A DNA stretch of 64,000 bases from Candidatus Pacearchaeota archaeon CG10_big_fil_rev_8_21_14_0_10_31_59. GTDB taxonomy: Archaea; Nanobdellota; Nanobdellia; Pacearchaeales; CG1-02-31-27. Where the stretch lies: positions 131,703 to 195,702 of the forward strand of contig PFCW01000002.1 of NCBI GenBank assembly GCA_002763115.1. The letters run 5' to 3'. This document shows positions 58,590 to 64,000 of the stretch, piece by piece. How positions within the stretch are numbered: position 1 is the first letter of the stretch; each line of letters starts with the position of its first letter. Under the pieces are notes generated by a model. It searched no databases, was not told the origin of the DNA, and saw only the letters and a program-made list of their open reading frames with translations. The position numbers and the translations under genes were made by a program.

Positions 58590-59626
58590 TTATTTTCTAA
58601 AAAATTTAGCATTTTAGGAACATTTACTTCCAAAGAATATCTTTTTTTTATAATTTCCCTTCCATTTTTACCAATCTCTTCTCTTTGTTTTTTATTTTTA
58701 ATCAAATATCCTAAGGCTTTAATCCAATCATCTTTATTTTTTACTAATAAACCCTCTTTACTACTTTTTATAACATCTTTTATTGCTCCAACATCACTTG
58801 AAATTGAAGGAATACCGATAGCCATATATTGTAAAGCTTTCCAAGCACATTTTCCTTTTGAAGCAATATCATCATACAGCGGCATAACTCCAATATCAAA
58901 ATTTGCAATATCTCTCCAGTCTTTGTCAAGTTCCCAATCAATTAAAATAACCTTGATGTTCTCAAATTTAGGGACAATTTCTTTAAATTCGTTAGCTCCA
59001 ATAATTCTAAATTCAATATTTTTAAATTTTCTTCCAATATTTCCCAAAGGTTCTTTTAATATCTCTAGAAATTTTAATGTAGATGGAGTTCCAACCCACC
59101 CAACAACAACATTGCTGTTTTTTTCAGTTCTCTTTATATCTTTTAATGCGTCAAGATCAACAGAAGTTGGAATCACTACAACATTTTTATTATATTTTAG
59201 AGCATAATCCTTTAGAAAATTATTCCCGGCTATAACACCATCACTAATCTTAATTTGTATTTCTGTTTTTTTTGGATATGGAATAAATATAGCATCATTA
59301 ATATCAAAAAAAACTTTTCTTTTCATAATTTTTTTTAGGATGATCTCAAAAAAAGGAGGTCCGTGGGGAAACATTGCTGTTTGAATTATTATTCTATCTG
59401 TCTTTTTAGTTTTTAATATTTGAGATATTCTTATAAAAATATGCAAAATATTCTGGACTATCTTGAGGAATAAATTTTTTCTCGTTAAACTAAACAAACT
59501 AAAAACGTTTGTTTTATATCCCATTTTTTCCATTTTTCTGGCTATCTGATAACCCCTATATCGAGCTCCAGGGTTAGTAATCCCACCCAAATTAAAAAAA
59601 ACAATTCTAGATAACTTGTTTTCCAT
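58586..59626 (-). CDS. GT4 glycosyltransferase
   Basis: VGWVG, DIGVMPL...GKCAWKALQYMAIGIP..SSDVG. Confidence 0.9.
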   Translation of the reverse strand: MENKLSRIVFFNLGGITNPGARYRGYQIARKMEKMGYKTNVFSLFSLTRKNLFLKIVQNILHIFIRISQILKTKKTDRIIIQTAMFPHGPPFFEIILKKIMKRKVFFDINDAIFIPYPKKTEIQIKISDGVIAGNNFLKDYALKYNKNVVVIPTSVDLDALKDIKRTEKNSNVVVGWVGTPSTLKFLEILKEPLGNIGRKFKNIEFRIIGANEFKEIVPKFENIKVILIDWELDKDWRDIANFDIGVMPLYDDIASKGKCAWKALQYMAIGIPSISSDVGAIKDVIKSSKEGLLVKNKDDWIKALGYLIKNKKQREEIGKNGREIIKKRYSLEVNVPKMLNFLENN

Positions 59627-60974
59627 CTTCTGTCCTTTTTTTGTCTTTATGCAACAAACTGAAAGTATAAAGTTGTTTTCCACTTTTAGTTAAAGGTATT
59701 TTTTCAACTTTTTCCCATATAACATTACAACTTTTTCCCATAACTTTCTGAATTTTTTTTGTAATCAAATTCTTCTGCTCCACATTAAATCCAGTTTCTT
59801 TTTCAACAAAAAGAATTCTTATTCTTTCATAATCTTCCTGTATAATCTGTATTGCGTTAACCACATGTTTTGGATAAAACATATGTGTGAGAAATTCACC
59901 GTAGACAATATCCCCGTTTTTTCTAATAAAATTATCAGTTGTTCTTCCGTTAATTCTTCCCATAACAGGTAATGGAACATCACAATTATCTTTCTCTTTT
60001 TGAATTGTAGCTAAATCACCAGTGTCATATCTTATAAAAGGCATAACATAATTATCCAAATTTGTCACAATTATTCTTCCAAATTCCTTATTAATCTTTA
60101 TTATTTCCGCTTTATTCTTAAAAATGAAATTGTGCATTACATGATTTTTACATTCTCCACAAATTCCGTTTACTTCTCTAGACCCATAAAAATCAAAAAC
60201 TTCGGTGCCAAAAACTTCTTCTATTTTTTTTCTCATAAAATCATAAAGTGTGGTGGTTGTACTTACTATTAATTTAGGAGAATGAATCTTTAATTTATTC
60301 TCTTCTATAAATTGAGCTAAGGTATAAAGTGGGGTAGCATAACCTCTAATAAAAGTTGGTTTGTAGTCATTTATTACTTTTACATACTTAGCCATATTTT
60401 TTTTGTACATAAAATACGCATTACATTGTTTCCTATTCCTCAACCAATTTCCCACCTGCCTACGAACATATGCCCATTTGTTAAATAAATTAGAATCAGT
60501 CCCCCAAACTAAAACCTCTTTGTGAGAATGTTCATCATAACCCAAAATATTTCTAAAATAATATTTATCTGTAGCATCTGCCCAATTTGAAAAGATATCT
60601 TCGGACATCAAATCAAGAGGTTCTCCTGTAGAGCCTCCAGTTGAATTTGGTTGCCACCTTCTCTTTTTAAAATCTAAAGAGATTAAATCTTTTCTATTTT
60701 TCCTTATATCTTCTTTAGTTAATATGGGTATTTTATCAAACCTCGTTAAATCAACTTCAAAACCTTCGTAAACTTTTTTTATTATTTTGATCTTATCAAA
60801 TATTCTTTTATAGTAAGGAATATTTTTATAAGAGTGAATAATCAAATTTTTTAATTTTTTTTCGCTTAACTCCTCCATCTCACCCTTATCCAAGTCTTTA
60901 ATTATATTATAAAATTTTTCGGAGTCTCTATTAAAAGATTTTTCTGCTACTTTCCATAAAACTTTCCTAATCAT
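59607..60974 (-). CDS. Phenylacetate-CoA ligase-like (CapK-type) adenylate-forming enzyme
   Basis: STGGSTGEP, YGSRE, MPFIRYDTGD, GRTTD, SGK. Confidence 0.88.
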   Translation of the reverse strand: MIRKVLWKVAEKSFNRDSEKFYNIIKDLDKGEMEELSEKKLKNLIIHSYKNIPYYKRIFDKIKIIKKVYEGFEVDLTRFDKIPILTKEDIRKNRKDLISLDFKKRRWQPNSTGGSTGEPLDLMSEDIFSNWADATDKYYFRNILGYDEHSHKEVLVWGTDSNLFNKWAYVRRQVGNWLRNRKQCNAYFMYKKNMAKYVKVINDYKPTFIRGYATPLYTLAQFIEENKLKIHSPKLIVSTTTTLYDFMRKKIEEVFGTEVFDFYGSREVNGICGECKNHVMHNFIFKNKAEIIKINKEFGRIIVTNLDNYVMPFIRYDTGDLATIQKEKDNCDVPLPVMGRINGRTTDNFIRKNGDIVYGEFLTHMFYPKHVVNAIQIIQEDYERIRILFVEKETGFNVEQKNLITKKIQKVMGKSCNVIWEKVEKIPLTKSGKQLYTFSLLHKDKKRTEDGKQVI

Positions 60975-62095
60975 TTCTTTCTCCCAAATATTTTTGAAAA
61001 TATAAATCTTGGTAAACCAACAAAAAAATATTTTAATGGCAAGTCTTTAATCTTTTTAATCATTCTGGGATGTTTAAAAATCTGCATTAAACCATTTTTA
61101 ATCTCGTTATTTTCTCTTTGTCTAACATATTCTCTCCAAAATTTTCCATAATCCTTAGATTTTAATTCCTTTGAAATTTTGTCAATGAAATTCAAAAAGT
61201 TTATTCTTTCTTCATCAACCATTAAAATTGGGTTAAATTCTTCATTTAGTTTAATTGGGATTATCTCAAAATTTTTAATTTGAGATTCTTCCAAGTTCAA
61301 TTTTAAAATAAAAGATTTCTTTGCCTCTTCCTTTTGAATCCTTATTTTTTCCTTTTCAATTATATCTGAAATAATAAAATTTCCGAGATTGTAAGCAATT
61401 AATTTTTCTTTATACATTTCTACACCCTGAATTACATGGGAGTGATGTCCCCAAACAAAATCTGCACCGGAGTCTATAATTTTATGAGCATATTTTATCT
61501 GTTCCGGTGATGGATAATTATAAAATTCTACTCCCCAATGTAATGAGACTATCAAAAAATCAACTTCTTTTCTAATATTTTTGATATCTTCTATCATCTC
61601 ATTTATATCTAACTTAACACATCCATAATTGTTTGATGTGCAAAAAATTCCGTTTGTAGACTCATCACAATAACCTATAAAACCAACAGTACAATTTTTA
61701 AATTTTATTTTTAATAATTTTTTTGCTTCATCTATATCTTCTCCACCACCAAAAAATTTTATTTTTTCTTTTTTAAGCTTCTCTTTGGTTTCCTTAAAAC
61801 CTTCCAAATTTCTATCAAAAATATGATTATTTCCTAGTGTTACAATATTAATGTTATTTTCATGTAAAATTCTTGAAAAATTTGGATTTGCAGCAACATT
61901 TATAGCTTTCTTTATTTCTTTCTTGCTGTCTGTCAATGGATTCTCAAGATTTCCAATAACCAAATCCGCTCTTTTGAATTCATTTTTTAAATTAACAAAA
62001 GGATTAAACTTATTTTTGATCTTTAACTTTTCAGATAAAACTCCGTAAAGTGCTATATCTCCTAAGGCAATAATTGAAAGATTATCTTTTTTCAT
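60971..62095 (-). CDS. CapA-family metallophosphatase
   Basis: GD, NLE, GNNHIFD, HWGVE, GHHSHVIQ, YNLGNF. Confidence 0.9.
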   Translation of the reverse strand: MKKDNLSIIALGDIALYGVLSEKLKIKNKFNPFVNLKNEFKRADLVIGNLENPLTDSKKEIKKAINVAANPNFSRILHENNINIVTLGNNHIFDRNLEGFKETKEKLKKEKIKFFGGGEDIDEAKKLLKIKFKNCTVGFIGYCDESTNGIFCTSNNYGCVKLDINEMIEDIKNIRKEVDFLIVSLHWGVEFYNYPSPEQIKYAHKIIDSGADFVWGHHSHVIQGVEMYKEKLIAYNLGNFIISDIIEKEKIRIQKEEAKKSFILKLNLEESQIKNFEIIPIKLNEEFNPILMVDEERINFLNFIDKISKELKSKDYGKFWREYVRQRENNEIKNGLMQIFKHPRMIKKIKDLPLKYFFVGLPRFIFSKIFGRKK

Positions 62096-63194
62096 TTTTT
62101 ATAATCTCCAAAATTCTTTCTGCAGTTTTACCATCCCAAAATCTTGGGATTGAACTTTTTTTATACAAACCAGCTTCAATTTCTCTTATTTTGTTTAAAC
62201 AATATATCTTATTTAATCCAACTACTGTATTTGTTCCAATTTTAACTGTAACTGGCCTTTCTGTTTCTGTTCTTAATGTCAAACAAGGAATTTTTAGAAA
62301 AGTGGTTTCTTCCTGTATCCCTCCCGAATCAGTCATAACAAATTTAGAGTTTAACATCAAATTTAACATTGCTAGATATCCAACCGGTTCTATTATTTTA
62401 ATATTTTTTATTTTATTTAATTCTTCAATCTTATCAAATTTTTTAAATTGTATCTTTGCTGCAGGGTGTAGCGGGTATACAATCTCCACTTTTTTTGAAA
62501 TTTCTTTAATAAATAAGATAAATTTATTTATCTTATAAGCACCATTTAAATTTTCATGCCTGTGAAATGTTAAAATAGCATAATCTTTTTTCTTTAATTT
62601 AAATTTTTTATAATAATCTAATTTTTCAGCTTCCTTTAGTTTTAAGGATAAAGAATCTATCATTATATTTCCAACAAAAAAAATCTTTTTTTCATTAACC
62701 CCTTCTTTTTTTAGATGTTCGTTGGCAGATTCCTCGGTTGTAAATAGTAATTCTGAATTATTATCAATTATTATTCTAGCCTTTTCCTCAGGCATTTCAT
62801 TGTTAAATGATCTAAGTCCAGATTCTACATGTGCAACGTTTAAACCAATCTTTTTTGCTATTAGTGCAACATAAGCTGAAGAGATAACATCTCCAACAAC
62901 AATAACATAATCCGGCTTATCTTTTCTTAATATTGATATAAGGTGAGGTATAGAAGAAAAAAACGCCATCAATTTTCTGTTTTTAGAAAGTTTACCAACC
63001 TTTGCCTTTAAACCCAAACTATAATCTGGTTTAGGGATATTTAATTCTCTAGAAAAAATACCTGTCATAGATTCACTTTTGTGTTGTTCAGTATACAAAA
63101 TCGAAAAATTAATTTTTCTTTTTTTTGCTTCTTTTATCAGTGGAGCTATTTTCATAAAATTCGGTCTGCTAGCAACAACAAACATTAGTTTCAT
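62082..63194 (-). CDS. wecB: UDP-N-acetylglucosamine 2-epimerase (non-hydrolysing)
   Basis: RPNFMK, HVESGLRS...MPEE, TDSGGIQEE, TERP. Confidence 0.93.
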   Translation of the reverse strand: MKLMFVVASRPNFMKIAPLIKEAKKRKINFSILYTEQHKSESMTGIFSRELNIPKPDYSLGLKAKVGKLSKNRKLMAFFSSIPHLISILRKDKPDYVIVVGDVISSAYVALIAKKIGLNVAHVESGLRSFNNEMPEEKARIIIDNNSELLFTTEESANEHLKKEGVNEKKIFFVGNIMIDSLSLKLKEAEKLDYYKKFKLKKKDYAILTFHRHENLNGAYKINKFILFIKEISKKVEIVYPLHPAAKIQFKKFDKIEELNKIKNIKIIEPVGYLAMLNLMLNSKFVMTDSGGIQEETTFLKIPCLTLRTETERPVTVKIGTNTVVGLNKIYCLNKIREIEAGLYKKSSIPRFWDGKTAERILEIIKNEKR

Positions 63195-63195
63195 T

Positions 63196-63999
63196 TTAAA
63201 TATTCCTTATTTTTCTTAGAAAAAGAAAAGGTTTGATTAATAAATTATTTTGTATAAAATAATATAGCTTATTAGGTATATACTCAATATTATAAAAAGA
63301 AACAAGTTTTCCGCCCCATTTTCTTTTGTATTCATAAACAAAAAATCTTGAGTCTTTATCTGTTAGATTCGGGGTACAACCGCCAAAATCATAAATTTCA
63401 TACTTTTCTTTTTTTGCATATAAAATAGATTCCCACTGAATCTTGCTTGGTGCCTGTTTATTGCTATATTCCCTTAAGGAACAACCATGATAATATATGA
63501 TTTTTTTCCCAGTATGAAAAAATAAAGCTCCAGCAATTATTCTATTTTCATCTTTTGCTATAAAAAATGTAGCCATTTTTTTTGAAACCATCTCTTTAAA
63601 GACATATTCAAAAAAACTTTTAGGATTTAACATAAAACTGCTCCTTTTTTTGGAAATTCTCTTTTCATTCAACAAAGCTAGTCTATAATATTCATTCAGT
63701 TCTTCTTCATCCTCTATTTTTTTAACTATAATTCCTTCTTTTTCAGCTTTTCTTACAGCATTTCTTGATTTTTTATCTAGCTTATTCCATAATTCATCCT
63801 TACTTTTTTTTAAATCCAAAACGAAAGTGAATCTTTCTATAAAATTCAACCCATCTAATACAAAATTCGGCTTATTTTTTAATCCAAACATGGTATTACC
63901 AATACGCGAATAAGTTACCCCGTCTTGCTTCATTTTCTCCAGAACTTTCTCCAAAAATTTTTCATCTTTCGCCGAAGTGTAAATCTGTGTTCTTGAACT
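63196..63999 (-). CDS. FemAB/GNAT-family peptidyl transferase-like protein (5' truncated by the window edge)
   Basis: RNAVRKAEKEG, YYHG.S, IQWESI..AK, YDFGG, YKRKWGG; frame stays open to the window edge. Confidence 0.8.
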   Translation of the reverse strand, partial: SSRTQIYTSAKDEKFLEKVLEKMKQDGVTYSRIGNTMFGLKNKPNFVLDGLNFIERFTFVLDLKKSKDELWNKLDKKSRNAVRKAEKEGIIVKKIEDEEELNEYYRLALLNEKRISKKRSSFMLNPKSFFEYVFKEMVSKKMATFFIAKDENRIIAGALFFHTGKKIIYYHGCSLREYSNKQAPSKIQWESILYAKKEKYEIYDFGGCTPNLTDKDSRFFVYEYKRKWGGKLVSFYNIEYIPNKLYYFIQNNLLIKPFLFLRKIRNI

Positions 64000-64000
64000 T

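Noticed and set aside
249..62538. Numerous short antisense or overlapping ORFs in the track (e.g. 1318-1605, 18396-18806, 23364-23879, 44555-45007, 62074-62538) and over-extended starts (7899, 25615, 45643, 54217, 57024, 59683)
   Set aside because: They shadow well-supported genes on the opposite strand or frame and have no motifs; starts were re-called to ATGs consistent with neighbouring genes and TATA spacing.

Overview
Low-GC archaeal chromosome segment, most consistent with a DPANN (Pacearchaeota/Woesearchaeota-like) genome; the taxonomy is inferred from gene content. Core genes: xerA, Lhr with its phosphoesterase, LonB, Orc1/Cdc6 with a probable oriC upstream, PolD DP1/DP2, AhcY with adenosine kinase, TyrRS, a DRG GTPase, a split Hef, a type IV pilus-like ATPase/platform/pilin cluster, Rpp21, 5S rRNA, three tRNAs (two with introns), dUTPase, SecDF and a surface-glycan cluster. 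The most unusual structures are three. (1) At about 6-10.3 kb, xerA and a 28-bp dif-like site sit next to two convergent coiled-coil/winged-helix genes that carry DNA-level repeats in their own coding sequences and flank a strongly G-skewed spacer with polar boxes, all only about 10 kb from the probable oriC. (2) Small palindromic elements occur in-frame inside a protein, upstream of a tRNA, and as related hairpins in three BHB tRNA introns. (3) A toxin-antitoxin module and an orphan ORF are stacked between three synonymously diverged copies of a GTPase gene's 3' end. All counts and alignments were done by eye; no database searches were run.
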